A stretch of 64,000 bases of DNA. Source: Elusimicrobia bacterium CG1_02_56_21. GTDB taxonomy: Bacteria; Elusimicrobiota; Elusimicrobia; Elusimicrobiales; UBA9959. The stretch spans positions 13,843 to 77,842 of the forward strand of contig MNUR01000008.1 in the NCBI GenBank assembly GCA_001871115.1, read 5' to 3'. Positions 50,633 to 60,420 of the stretch are shown here, piece after piece. A program made the position numbers and the translations under genes. The first letter of the stretch is position 1. Every line of letters starts with the position of its first letter. A model generated the notes under the pieces. It had not been told where the DNA came from. It did not search any database and was given only the letters and a program-made list of their open reading frames with translations.

Positions 50633-51625
50633 TTATTTCCAGCCGGAGACCGGGCCTATGAGCGGAGCCACGCGCGGCCAGGGCCCGGCACGCACAACTT
50701 CCCCTACGGGAACCTCTGCCTTGGAGGCCCTGTAGGCAATAGTGCTCAGGCCGAAGCTGACTGAATTGTTCATTTCAGAATAAGCTATCCGGAAGAAACC
50801 GTCCTCTCCCCAGCCGGTATCCCAGCTGTTCTTGACGGAGAAATACTGCTCCGCGTCGTTATAACCTACCAGCAGGACGGCATGGCCGCCCAGGCGTTTA
50901 CCGGTAGTGTAAGAATAGATGCCGGTCTTATAGTGCATGAAATCTTCGTAAACCATGTAGGCTATCGGCAGCGGCCCGTATTTAACCAGCGCGGTTTTTA
51001 TGATATCGAGTTTCTTGGACACAGAACCCCAGCCCCCTATTTTGCTGGCCCCGGACTGCCAGCCGGCTTCGGCGGCGGAGCAGGAACCGTTTGCGGCGGT
51101 ATAGGGATAAACGGACTCGGCGGGCAGGCCGGTCTTCTGGAGAAAGCGGGCGCTCAGGCGTCCGCCATTGCAGGAACCTGCGCCGCTGCACGACAGCATG
51201 ACCTGCTCGGACAGGTCCAGGTCTTTGCCCGGGGTATTGTTTTTAAGCAGGGTATAGGATTCAAGGCCGCCGGTCATTGAGAAAGCCCAGCAGGAACCGC
51301 ATTTCTTCTGGTTCCTGGGAGCCGTCACAAAATTCCCGTTGGCAGCGCGCCAGTCAAAAGCCGCGGGCAGCCGGGCGGCGGCTACCAGGTCTATGGGCTC
51401 GGCGTCCGCGGGCTCGAAATTAAACCCAACCAGGTATTGCCAGCTTTCCCTGTCGGCGGAAATATTATTCTCTCCGGCCGTCCACTTAGCGCCGGCTTTC
51501 TCAATAGCGGCCTGCACTTCTTTTATCTGGTCCCGCATATCCCCGGACAGCGCCTGCTGGCTGTAGGCGGGCGCCCCGGCCAGGAAAGCCGCCGCTAAAA
51601 TAATTAAATATATGATTCTTCTCAT
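50633..51625 (-). CDS. Secreted papain-family (C1A) cysteine protease
   Basis: Signal peptide, LPAAFDWR, QKKCGSCWAF, GGHAVLLVGY, KNSWDTGWGEDG. Confidence 0.94.
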   Translation of the reverse strand: MRRIIYLIILAAAFLAGAPAYSQQALSGDMRDQIKEVQAAIEKAGAKWTAGENNISADRESWQYLVGFNFEPADAEPIDLVAAARLPAAFDWRAANGNFVTAPRNQKKCGSCWAFSMTGGLESYTLLKNNTPGKDLDLSEQVMLSCSGAGSCNGGRLSARFLQKTGLPAESVYPYTAANGSCSAAEAGWQSGASKIGGWGSVSKKLDIIKTALVKYGPLPIAYMVYEDFMHYKTGIYSYTTGKRLGGHAVLLVGYNDAEQYFSVKNSWDTGWGEDGFFRIAYSEMNNSVSFGLSTIAYRASKAEVPVGEVVRAGPWPRVAPLIGPVSGWK

Positions 51626-51672
51626 TAGTTCCCCCTTGTCTTGCAAAATTCTACCGCTTGGGGCCGGTATTG

Positions 51673-52788
51673 TCAAACCCCTGAACGCAGCGTGAACAGC
51701 GGCAGCTCAGAATCGGCGAATAGCCGCAGCGGCGGGCCCCAGGCGCCGGCGCCGGAAGTGACATATATGCTGAACCCGCCCGCTTTATACAAACCGTAAA
51801 AATATTTGAACATATGCCTCTCAAGCGGGCCGAAAGGGAAGATCTGGCCTTTATGCGTATGCCCGCTCAATACCAGGCCTGAGCCGGCGGCGGTTATTTC
51901 GTCAAAGCCCTGCGGCTGGTGAGAAAGGAACAGCAGAGGTTTCGAACGGTCCAGGACAGCCGCTAGTTTCCTGACCGCCGCTCCGTCCCCGCGCCGCAGA
52001 TCGTCTACCCCCGCCACTAAAAGGCCCGGCGCCGGCTCGTAGACCGTGCCGCGCAGCATTTTTACGCCGCAGTTATTAAAAAAAGCGGCCGCCGGCTCTC
52101 CGCCCGTGAACATATCGTGGTTGCCCAGCACCGCAGCCTTGCCGTAAAGCGCGGTTATCCCCTTAATGACACCGCAGGTCCCTTCCGGCATCGGCTCGCG
52201 GCTTTCGGAAAAATCCCCGGTAAAAACCACCAGATCTGGCTTAAGGCCTTTGATGATACCCGCTATTTTCTCCAGCCGCTTTAATTTTATCATCCGGCCC
52301 AGGTGCAAATCCGAGATCTGCACTATAGTAAAACCGTCCAGAGCGGCCGGCAGATTGCTTACCGCGACCTCTATCCTTTTCAGCCGGGGCGTTTGGCCCC
52401 CGCTCCAGGCGGCCAGGCCGGAGAATATTATGGCCGCCCCGAGTACAGCGATAAAAACAGGCCGGCTCCAGGCCCAGCCCGCGCCCATAGCCTTAAGCGC
52501 GGAAAGCGCCAGGTCGCAAACCAGCAGGACCCAGAAAAAAATAAACGAAATTCCGAAACTGAAAAAAGCCGGCCAGAGCATTGCGTCCGCAAAGCCGCCG
52601 AAACGGGAAGCCGCGAAAACCCTGGCTGCCGGGTAGAAAGCAGACAGGAGCAGCGCGGCTTCATAAACTATGAAGCGGCCTTTCGGCTGCAGCTTCAGCC
52701 TGAAAGCCAGCCAGACAGCAATGTAAATATTAAAAGCGAGGTGAAAAAGGGCCAGGCCCAGTCCGAAAATGTGGAAGTGGCCTTTCAT
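51673..52788 (-). CDS. Membrane-bound metallophosphoesterase (YkuE/YaeI-like)
   Basis: 4 N-terminal TM, SDLHLG, TGD, GNHD, SHQP, SGHTHKGQ. Confidence 0.92.
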   Translation of the reverse strand: MKGHFHIFGLGLALFHLAFNIYIAVWLAFRLKLQPKGRFIVYEAALLLSAFYPAARVFAASRFGGFADAMLWPAFFSFGISFIFFWVLLVCDLALSALKAMGAGWAWSRPVFIAVLGAAIIFSGLAAWSGGQTPRLKRIEVAVSNLPAALDGFTIVQISDLHLGRMIKLKRLEKIAGIIKGLKPDLVVFTGDFSESREPMPEGTCGVIKGITALYGKAAVLGNHDMFTGGEPAAAFFNNCGVKMLRGTVYEPAPGLLVAGVDDLRRGDGAAVRKLAAVLDRSKPLLFLSHQPQGFDEITAAGSGLVLSGHTHKGQIFPFGPLERHMFKYFYGLYKAGGFSIYVTSGAGAWGPPLRLFADSELPLFTLRSGV

Positions 52789-52791
52789 GGT

Positions 52792-53820
52792 TTAAAAGCG
52801 ATGAAGCCCTATTTCCTTCAGGCCCTGCTGCTTTTTATCGGGAGCGAGAAAAGAACCCTCCGCGGCGCATTTAAGCGTATATTGAATATCTTCCAAAGAA
52901 AGGCCCATCTTATTCACGGCCAGGGAGTATTCTTTGTTCAGGTCGGTGTCGAGTATTTCAGGATCGTCGGCGCCTATGGTACATTTAACCCCGGCTTTTA
53001 TGAATTCTTTCAGCGGATGTTCTTCAATAGAAGCTACGGCGCGGGTGAGGTAATTGCTCCGGGGATTGGTCTCGACGGTGACGGAGGAGCTTTTTATAAG
53101 TTCTATCGTTCTGCCGGACCTGTCGTCCGCCGCTTTCACGCCGTGGCCTATGCGCAGCGGCTTCAGCGTCCTTATAGTTTCCCCTATCTGCGAGTAATGC
53201 CCTTCTTCCCCCGAATGAACCGTGAGCGGCAACCCGGCCTCGTGCAGTTTTTTTGCCGCCTTTTTATAAAGCGCGGGCGGGTAATCGGCCTCGTTGTCCG
53301 CCAGGTCGAAGCCTATGACGGTTTTTTTATTCTTGACCGCGAAAGCGGCGGTTTTTTCAGCCGATTCCACGCCGTAGATGCGGGAAGCGATAAGGATGAG
53401 CCCGCAGACCAGATTGCTGCTTTTTTCGAATTTTGCCGCGGTGGAATTAATCAGGTCGTGAGCTTTCTGCCAGTCCAGTCCGGCTTTTTTGAGCATGAAG
53501 TCGGGGCTGTAGCGGAGCTCCAGCAGGCGGATATTTTCATTTTTATAGGCGTCTTCCAGCGCCTCGAAGGTGATGCGCTCCACAGCCTCGTAGGAGGCGA
53601 AGGAGGCCTGGGCCAGCTCGAACATCCCGAGCACTTCCCGGAGCGAAGCGCCGGGGGCGCGCAGTTTGTAAACCCGGTCCAGCCCGGCTGGATCGAAGGT
53701 GGGCAGGCTTAAATTATTTTTCCGGGCCAGGTCTATGACGGTGCCGACGCGCACGCAGCCTTCGATATGGCGGTGCAGTTCCGCCTTGGGCATGGCGCTT
53801 ATTTTTTCTTCCGCTGTCAT
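52792..53820 (-). CDS. add: Adenosine deaminase
   Basis: PKAELHRHIEG, TVHSGEE, RIGHG, ADDP. Confidence 0.9.
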   Translation of the reverse strand: MTAEEKISAMPKAELHRHIEGCVRVGTVIDLARKNNLSLPTFDPAGLDRVYKLRAPGASLREVLGMFELAQASFASYEAVERITFEALEDAYKNENIRLLELRYSPDFMLKKAGLDWQKAHDLINSTAAKFEKSSNLVCGLILIASRIYGVESAEKTAAFAVKNKKTVIGFDLADNEADYPPALYKKAAKKLHEAGLPLTVHSGEEGHYSQIGETIRTLKPLRIGHGVKAADDRSGRTIELIKSSSVTVETNPRSNYLTRAVASIEEHPLKEFIKAGVKCTIGADDPEILDTDLNKEYSLAVNKMGLSLEDIQYTLKCAAEGSFLAPDKKQQGLKEIGLHRF

Positions 53821-53826
53821 AGGCGG

Positions 53827-54240
53827 TTATTTCCCGGTGTAGGTTATGGCCACTTTAGCTGTTATTTTTGTACCCGAAGCCTTGGCTTTATAAGGCCTGG
53901 TCCCGGCATTTATATAGGCGGCGAAAGCTTTGGCGGTCTGAAGGGCGGTCTGGCCGGCCTTAAGCGCCATCATTATATTCCAGCCGGCCACGTGGTTCAC
54001 GGTCCCGTCCGGGCGCTTGTAGCGGAAAATGGAGAGCCAGAAATTTATAGTTCCATCTATACCGCCCCCGTCCCTGCCGGCGGCTGTGCCGGTAATGACG
54101 GCCACGCCGGGCTTGCCGCCCACGGTAACTTTACCTTTTTCTACGGAAACCCCCTGCGTTTTATCGTATGAAGACACGGTCAGCTCGGCCCCCTTGGCCA
54201 GCTCCGCGTCCGGATTATAATCCCCGGTCTTCTTTTTCAT
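53827..54240 (-). CDS. Hypothetical protein (137 aa)
   Basis: Tightly spaced in the pfkB-add operon; no known motif. Confidence 0.7.
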   Translation of the reverse strand: MKKKTGDYNPDAELAKGAELTVSSYDKTQGVSVEKGKVTVGGKPGVAVITGTAAGRDGGGIDGTINFWLSIFRYKRPDGTVNHVAGWNIMMALKAGQTALQTAKAFAAYINAGTRPYKAKASGTKITAKVAITYTGK

Positions 54241-54258
54241 AAGCCCCCCAGGCCCGGT

Positions 54259-55170
54259 TTATTTTATATTAAGCGCGTCCACATATTTTTTATAGCGGGA
54301 ACTGATCTCTCCCTTGGAAAGCCGCCCCACGCGCTTCACGCTGAAATCTTCCACGCTGAAAGAGGACATCACCGTGCCGTAGGACATGGCGCGGCGGATC
54401 ACGTTGAAATTCTTCCAGTCGGGCGCGGCGGCGAGATACCCCATGAAGCCGCCGGCGAAGGTGTCGCCAGCCCCGGTGGGGTCCACCACCTTCTCTATCG
54501 GGTGGGCGGGGACGGAGAGGACATTGTCCTTAAAGAAGAGCATGGCGCCGGCGTCGCCGCGCTTGACTATAATGCCCTTCGGGCCCATCTTCATGATCAG
54601 CCGGGCCGCCTTTATCAAATTATATTCCCCGGTAAGCTGGCGGCATTCCTCCTCGTTGACAAATAGCATGTCCACCTTCCTGAGCAGCTTCAGCAGCGAG
54701 GGCTTCTTAAGGGAGATCCAGTAATTCATCGTGTCGCAGGCCACCAGCCGGGGCTTGCCCATCTGGTCCAGCACCTTGCGCTGCAGGTCCGGGTCTATAT
54801 TGGCCAGGAAGAGCACTCCGCATCCGCTGTGCTCGCTGTTAAGGCGGGGCTGGAAATGCTGAAAAACGTTCAGCTCGGTGGCTATAGTGGTGGCGTTCTT
54901 GAAATCCCGGTCATACTTCCCCTTCCAGTGGAAGGTCTTGCCCGGCAGAACCTCTATGCCCTTCTGGCAGATATTGCGGCGCTTTAAAAATCTGCGGAAA
55001 GGCGCGGGGAAATCCTCGCCTACCACGCCTACCATCTGTACCGGTGAGAACCGGGAAGCGGAAAGGGAAAAATGCACCGCCGAACCGCCCAGGGCGCGCT
55101 TGGTTCTGCCGTGTATGGTTTGGACCGAATCCAGCGCTACGGAACCGACCACGAGGATAGTGTTTTTCAT
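54259..55170 (-). CDS. PfkB-family carbohydrate/nucleoside kinase
   Basis: VVGSVALD, LGGSA, DPTGAGDTFAGG. Confidence 0.92.
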   Translation of the reverse strand: MKNTILVVGSVALDSVQTIHGRTKRALGGSAVHFSLSASRFSPVQMVGVVGEDFPAPFRRFLKRRNICQKGIEVLPGKTFHWKGKYDRDFKNATTIATELNVFQHFQPRLNSEHSGCGVLFLANIDPDLQRKVLDQMGKPRLVACDTMNYWISLKKPSLLKLLRKVDMLFVNEEECRQLTGEYNLIKAARLIMKMGPKGIIVKRGDAGAMLFFKDNVLSVPAHPIEKVVDPTGAGDTFAGGFMGYLAAAPDWKNFNVIRRAMSYGTVMSSFSVEDFSVKRVGRLSKGEISSRYKKYVDALNIK

Positions 55171-55350
55171 AGTTTGCGGGTAGCTCCTGTGATTATAAGG
55201 CCCGGCACGGGCGGCCTGGTGTCTATAATATCAAAATTTAAACTTCCCGTCTTTGTCCAAACTCAACCATTAAGGCGGTTTATGAACCGCCGCAGAAAAA
55301 AACACCCCGCCTCTGAACGCAGGGGCGGGGCGATGGCGTTGCCGAAAGCA

Positions 55351-55974
55351 TCAGACCGCGGTTTTTTCCTTTACAAAGCGGGCCGGGCGGCCCAGGGCTG
55401 CCAGGGTTTCGCGCACTATCAGGTCGGACCATTCTTTGCGCAGCTCGGTGCTGGGGGCGGGAAGGGTCCGGTGCTCTACTTTAAGGTCTTCAAGCAGAGT
55501 GTTGAGGCGGTTATAGATATCGGCCTGGAATTCCACGCTTTCGGCGTCGCGTATGCCGTCGTCGGTCATTTCCGCTCCGCACATGGGCAACTTGTAGATG
55601 ACATCGTAGGGAAATTCCTCCGCGTAGCCCTGCAGGAAATCGCGGATGAACTGGTTCTTGCCGCAGCGGCGCTCCAGGTAAGCCAAATTGTCGAACACGC
55701 TGCGGTCGCAGACCACCACCTGGTAGCCGCGCAGCGCGCCGCGCAGCTCCTCGGTGATATGCTGCATCATTATGTAAAGCTGGGCGGGCAGGGTGGTGTT
55801 CTCGTTTATCGGGATACCCTGCTCAAAGGCGGAGGCGGCGATCTCGGAGAATACTTTCACTTTGAGCCCGCGCTTCTTAAGCTCGGCGGCTACCTCGTAG
55901 CAGAGGGTGGTTTTGCCGGTGCCGTGGGTGGAAATAAGTGAGATCTTGTAAGTCCGCTTTTTTGCAGGGGTCAT
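55351..55974 (-). CDS. P-loop NTPase, NadR/Ttd14 (AAA_28)-like nucleotide kinase fold
   Basis: STHGTGKTT, VVCDRSVFDNLAY, DDGIRD. Confidence 0.8.
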   Translation of the reverse strand: MTPAKKRTYKISLISTHGTGKTTLCYEVAAELKKRGLKVKVFSEIAASAFEQGIPINENTTLPAQLYIMMQHITEELRGALRGYQVVVCDRSVFDNLAYLERRCGKNQFIRDFLQGYAEEFPYDVIYKLPMCGAEMTDDGIRDAESVEFQADIYNRLNTLLEDLKVEHRTLPAPSTELRKEWSDLIVRETLAALGRPARFVKEKTAV

Positions 55975-56185
55975 TTGAACTCCGGAAATTTGGATACACT
56001 ATCGTACACTTTTTTCCGGCCGCTGGCAAAGGTCCGTCGGGCCCCTCGTTGGGGGCCTAAAGGCCCAAAAAACACAAGGTATTTTTACATAGGCCCGGCG
56101 GCCTTTTGGCCCATACGGAAAACCCTTAAAACCGGGATAATATAGACAATACCGCAAGGGCTGCGCCGTTTATATAAGGACGAAC

Positions 56186-57613
56186 ATGAAAAAAACACTT
56201 TTTGCCGCCATACTCCTCGCACTTGCCTGCGGGGCCAAAGCCGAGGATTTTAACGCGCTGATAACCGACGCCCCAGCCATTAAAGCCTCTCTTCCCGCCC
56301 AGTACCCCGGCCTGGCCCCCGAACTTTCAGAAATATTCGCCACTTCCGGCCAGGGCTCGCAGAAATGGTACGGCGCGGATTCCCGCCGGGCCAGGATGCA
56401 GTTTACGGCCTATATGCTTTATAAGATCCCTTCCAGCTACACGGGCCCGGTCTCGCAGATACTTTCTAATTCCTACCAGCGCGAACAGATCTCGGAGCTG
56501 GTGGACCTGCAGCTGCAGCATATGTACGGGGCCTTCACTATGCACCCCGGCTTCGTAGACAATCCCGGCATTCCTTCCGGAGACTACAAAATCTCTCTCA
56601 CCGGTGCCGAAAAAGCTGCCGGCGGCTACGCGAAGATCTCCTATTCCTACGACGATATAGTAGTGTTCTCCGCCAAACTGTTCCGCGGGAGCGGCGCAAC
56701 ACGGATAAACTTTGTGCTGCCGAGGGACCCGGTGGAGATCTACAGTAAAGGCTTTCCCGCCCCCGGCTCGCGCAAGAACCGCTGCACCGACGACCATTAT
56801 AACAGCGAAGGGGATTTCTGGTATTTCTGGAACCCCTACCAGGACGGCTGCCCTATAGGCGGGCAGGACCTGGTGGGCGTAGAGACGGACCTTAAACCCA
56901 TGAACGTCACCCGCGGGACTTACCCGGAATACGCCAGGCTTTACGGCGAGAACGGCAACGGCGATGTTCTAAAGGTCACCTATCTGGTGGGCGTGGACGA
57001 GAATTTCAAGAACGGGGACCTGGGCAAAAAAACCTTCAAAGACGCTTTCGCCGGGCTTAAAGCCGCGGGCTTCCGGGCCACCGTGGACGAACCCCGCCGC
57101 AAAATGCTCACTTTCCGCTTCGGAACCAAGCGCGCTTCCATAGAGATACGCCTGATGGACCCCGACAGCGCCGAATTCGCCCGGGAAGCCGTGCGCGGGA
57201 TGAAGACCGCCGATATCTTTCTTTATGACGGCCATTCCGGCCTGGGCGGCTACCTTAACCCTGAGCGCCTGGCCGAAGACAGCGGCCGCCAGCTGGACCT
57301 GCCCAGGAATAAATACCAGATCTTCGTTTTCCAGGGCTGCTCCACCTACGCCTACTATAACAGCGCTTATTTCAAACTCAAGCGCTCGGGCGCGGATCCC
57401 AAAGGAACAAAGAACCTGGACATCATAACCACCGGCATAGGCGCGGCTTTTGACGTAGGGGCCAAAGTGGACGTGGCCTTCCTCGCCAGCGTGGCCGCCG
57501 GGGAGCGGCCTTCCTGGCAGACCATCATTGACCGCGTGCACGCGGCTGAAGGCGATAATTCCGCCCTTTCCCACGTGAACGGCGACGAAGACAATCCCCG
57601 CGGCCCCAACTAA
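56186..57613 (+). CDS. Secreted hypothetical protein with possible clan CD His-Cys dyad
   Basis: Signal peptide; FLYDGHSGLG and IFVFQGCSTY. Confidence 0.75.
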   Translation: MKKTLFAAILLALACGAKAEDFNALITDAPAIKASLPAQYPGLAPELSEIFATSGQGSQKWYGADSRRARMQFTAYMLYKIPSSYTGPVSQILSNSYQREQISELVDLQLQHMYGAFTMHPGFVDNPGIPSGDYKISLTGAEKAAGGYAKISYSYDDIVVFSAKLFRGSGATRINFVLPRDPVEIYSKGFPAPGSRKNRCTDDHYNSEGDFWYFWNPYQDGCPIGGQDLVGVETDLKPMNVTRGTYPEYARLYGENGNGDVLKVTYLVGVDENFKNGDLGKKTFKDAFAGLKAAGFRATVDEPRRKMLTFRFGTKRASIEIRLMDPDSAEFAREAVRGMKTADIFLYDGHSGLGGYLNPERLAEDSGRQLDLPRNKYQIFVFQGCSTYAYYNSAYFKLKRSGADPKGTKNLDIITTGIGAAFDVGAKVDVAFLASVAAGERPSWQTIIDRVHAAEGDNSALSHVNGDEDNPRGPN

Positions 57614-57621
57614 AAAAGCGC

Positions 57622-57656
57622 AAAAAAGGCCGGGCTGCTCAGCCCGGCCTTTTTTT
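57622..57656. terminator. Bidirectional intrinsic terminator
   Basis: AAAAAAGGCCGGGCTG-ct-CAGCCCGGCCTTTTTT between convergent genes. Confidence 0.85.
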
Positions 57657-57668
57657 ATGCCCTGTTTT

Positions 57669-58202
57669 TTAAGCGTTCCGTTTACCGGCCTGTTCTTTCA
57701 GGATCTGCGGCAGGGCGCTGCGCATAAACTGCAGCAGCACGCTTCCCACGGAACCGGCCACGGCAAAAGTGTCGTCCACCGGGCCCGGGATATTTACAGG
57801 CAGCATTTCATAGATAAAAACCAGCACCGGGAAAGCCAGCCATTTTATACCGGTCTCATAGCGCTTGGCCAGAACCATGCAGGCGCCCAGCATAAAGCCC
57901 GCGCTTATAAAGGCCGGCGCGGAAAACAGGGAGGCCCCGAAGCTGAAAGGCGCCAGTGCCAGCGACCAGAGCACGGCGAAGACCGGCGGCAGGGCCGCGT
58001 CGAAATAATTGTAGGTTTTAACAAAGAAAAGACTGACCAGCGCGGCTATAAAGAAACCGGTAAAGACCACCGCCCCGGCAAGCAGCCCGAAGCGGAGATC
58101 TCTGAGCGCCCAGCCTATAAAAAAAGCCGGCAGGGAAAAAGGAAAAGACAGAAAGCTTATGGCCAGGCTTCGCCACATTATCGGCCCCTTATACCGGTTC
58201 AA
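57669..58202 (-). CDS. Hypothetical membrane protein
   Basis: 5-6 hydrophobic segments and a C-terminal LPVNIPGPVDD motif. Confidence 0.72.
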   Translation of the reverse strand: MNRYKGPIMWRSLAISFLSFPFSLPAFFIGWALRDLRFGLLAGAVVFTGFFIAALVSLFFVKTYNYFDAALPPVFAVLWSLALAPFSFGASLFSAPAFISAGFMLGACMVLAKRYETGIKWLAFPVLVFIYEMLPVNIPGPVDDTFAVAGSVGSVLLQFMRSALPQILKEQAGKRNA

Positions 58203-58252
58203 CCAAAAAACGCGCCGCCCCGGGCGGGGCGGCGGCGTATTTACCCTTTAGC

Positions 58253-58693
58253 TTAAAAAGGGACTTCTTCTATGCCCTCATTGCTTGGGGCGGCCGCTTT
58301 AGCAGCCGGCTCGGCAACTTCGGAAGCGGCGGCGCTGTCGCCGCGGCTGCCCAGGAATTCTATCGTATCCACGTAGACCACCATCTTGCTCTGCTTCCTG
58401 CCGTCTTCTTTGCCGGCCCACTCTTCAAGCACAAGATGCCCTTCTACATAGGCCTGCGACCCTTTGTGCAGATATTTCTCCACCAGGTCAGCCAGTTTGC
58501 GGCCCCGCTCATTGCTGAAAGCTTTCAGTTCAACCCACACCGGCACATCTTCCCACTGCCCGGTCTGGGCGTTCTTGCGGTTATTATTCACGGCAAAGCC
58601 GATATTTGCCACTTTGCCGCCATTGCTGAATTCTTTTATTTCGGGCTCGCGGGTGAGCCGGCCGATGAGCATAACTTTATTCAAATTTGCCAT
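58253..58693 (-). CDS. ssb: Single-stranded DNA-binding protein
   Basis: LNKVMLIGRLTREPE, YLHKGSQAYVEG, C-terminal EEVPF. Confidence 0.96.
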   Translation of the reverse strand: MANLNKVMLIGRLTREPEIKEFSNGGKVANIGFAVNNNRKNAQTGQWEDVPVWVELKAFSNERGRKLADLVEKYLHKGSQAYVEGHLVLEEWAGKEDGRKQSKMVVYVDTIEFLGSRGDSAAASEVAEPAAKAAAPSNEGIEEVPF

Positions 58694-58872
58694 GATTTTC
58701 TCCTGTTACCTGCTTGTATATTTTTTCCGGAGCCGCGGCCTAAAAAAACCGGCGCCGCTCCAAAGCCTGCGGGCTTTTTACAGGCCCGATACCGTTAATC
58801 TACCACTTTTCCGGATATTTTTCCAATCCTGGCCCGCAAGCCCGTCGCGCGGGAGCCTGTTTTAAAACTGTC

Positions 58873-59310
58873 TCAATTCAGGCTGTTATTCCACGACTCA
58901 CGCAGGGATAAGGCGCCTTGCACCGGCCCGGCCCGGCAAAGCCGGCGGGCTTTTTCAATCAGCAAACCAAACGAGCAGAGCTTGGGCGCAGCCAGGTCCG
59001 CCCCCAAGGCCTCCAGGGCTTCCTGCGGGAAGATATCGGGGATATTCCCGGATATCACCCACACCTGCACCCCTGCCGTCATCCTATTGCCCTTCAGCAG
59101 CCTTAGCAGGGTTATCCCGTCCGGGCCGTTATGGATAATATCCGTGATGAAAAGCAGCGGCGGGCAGTTCAGAGCCCAGGCCAGGGCTTCGCCGGCATTG
59201 GTAGTAGCCAGGATTTCGGCGTCCAGGTTCTCGCTCAGAACCTGCTTTAGCAGGGCCAGATAGCGCCAGCAGTCGTCCGTGATTATAATAAGCGGCTTTT
59301 TCTTTTTCAT
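58873..59310 (-). CDS. Stand-alone response regulator receiver protein
   Basis: IIITDD, LFITDIIHNGPDG, ISG; start at 59310 after a GGGGG SD. Confidence 0.75.
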   Translation of the reverse strand: MKKKKPLIIITDDCWRYLALLKQVLSENLDAEILATTNAGEALAWALNCPPLLFITDIIHNGPDGITLLRLLKGNRMTAGVQVWVISGNIPDIFPQEALEALGADLAAPKLCSFGLLIEKARRLCRAGPVQGALSLRESWNNSLN

Positions 59311-59465
59311 ACACCCCCCTTCCCGTACCAATAGTATAGCAGACCGCCCCGACAAGGGCCTGTCGGGTTTCCGGAAAGCAGGAATCCAAAGAATATTGTA
59401 AAGTAATTATCAAGCCGGCCTCCTTCAGAGCCCGGCCGGAACATCTGTTTAAACCAGGAGCAGAA

Positions 59466-60365
59466 ATGTCACTTAAAGAAGCGCTTAAGCAGGATAAAGA
59501 AATTTACCCGGTCTGGCTGGACAATCCTTTCTGGCTGGAAGCGGTTTTAAAGAGCCCGCTGGCGGCCGCGGAGGCGGGCAAAGCTTTTGCCGCCGCGCTT
59601 GCCGGAGAAGCCGGCGCTAAAAGAATTTTCCTGAAGCAGGAATCCAAAGAGACGGCGCTGCCGGAATTCCCGGCCAGGGAAATATTCAGGGGCAGGGTGG
59701 TCTATTACCCCGGCGCCGGAACGGACGCGCGGCCACTTAAAATATTCTGCGGCTCGCGCTCCGCCCATTGTTTTATTTACGCGGACTATATGGTCAAAAA
59801 AGGCGAGGTAATGAAGCTGCTGGAAGGGAACCTGTCAGAACTGCAGCCCGGCTACAAGACCCTGTTCGCGATAGAAGGAAATGAAAAAGATTTTTTCCCG
59901 CTGGGCTGGGAGGATCTGAGGGGAACCTATACCGATATTGACGTTTACCAGGCGCCGGAACTTAAATGGGGTTTCTGGGCGGTGCTCGAGCGAAACCCTG
60001 AACTGGACGAAAGCCACGGCCCCAGGCGGATCCTTTTCTGCTATCTGGCCTGCGACGCGGTTTCAGGCTACGCCTCTCTGTGGCCCAGGGGCAAAAGGCG
60101 GACCAGCCCTTACGCCATCGTTATAGACGATTCGGGCTTTGCCAGCAACTGGGCGGTTTTCGGCAGCGACAAAAGCCAGATGTACAAGATAGGCGGCAGA
60201 AACCACGCTATGCCCAATTGGCTGCTGGTGGCTACAGGCCGCAGCGCCAAACCCTGGCCGGGCTATGACCGTTTCGCCGAAGAAACGGAAAGCCCGACAG
60301 CGCCGGCGGCACGGATGGAACTGTACATAAACACAAAAACCTCCAGCAAAAACAAGCAGATGTAA
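59466..60365 (+). CDS. Hypothetical protein with SAM-binding-like motif
   Basis: AGGAG SD; VVYYPGAGTD...FIYADY resembles Rossmann methyltransferase motifs I/II. Confidence 0.65.
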   Translation: MSLKEALKQDKEIYPVWLDNPFWLEAVLKSPLAAAEAGKAFAAALAGEAGAKRIFLKQESKETALPEFPAREIFRGRVVYYPGAGTDARPLKIFCGSRSAHCFIYADYMVKKGEVMKLLEGNLSELQPGYKTLFAIEGNEKDFFPLGWEDLRGTYTDIDVYQAPELKWGFWAVLERNPELDESHGPRRILFCYLACDAVSGYASLWPRGKRRTSPYAIVIDDSGFASNWAVFGSDKSQMYKIGGRNHAMPNWLLVATGRSAKPWPGYDRFAEETESPTAPAARMELYINTKTSSKNKQM

Positions 60366-60420
60366 GCCCTCCGGTCAAAAACTCCGGAGTTATTGAGCTG
60401 TTGCGCTGCGTCCCCTCAAA

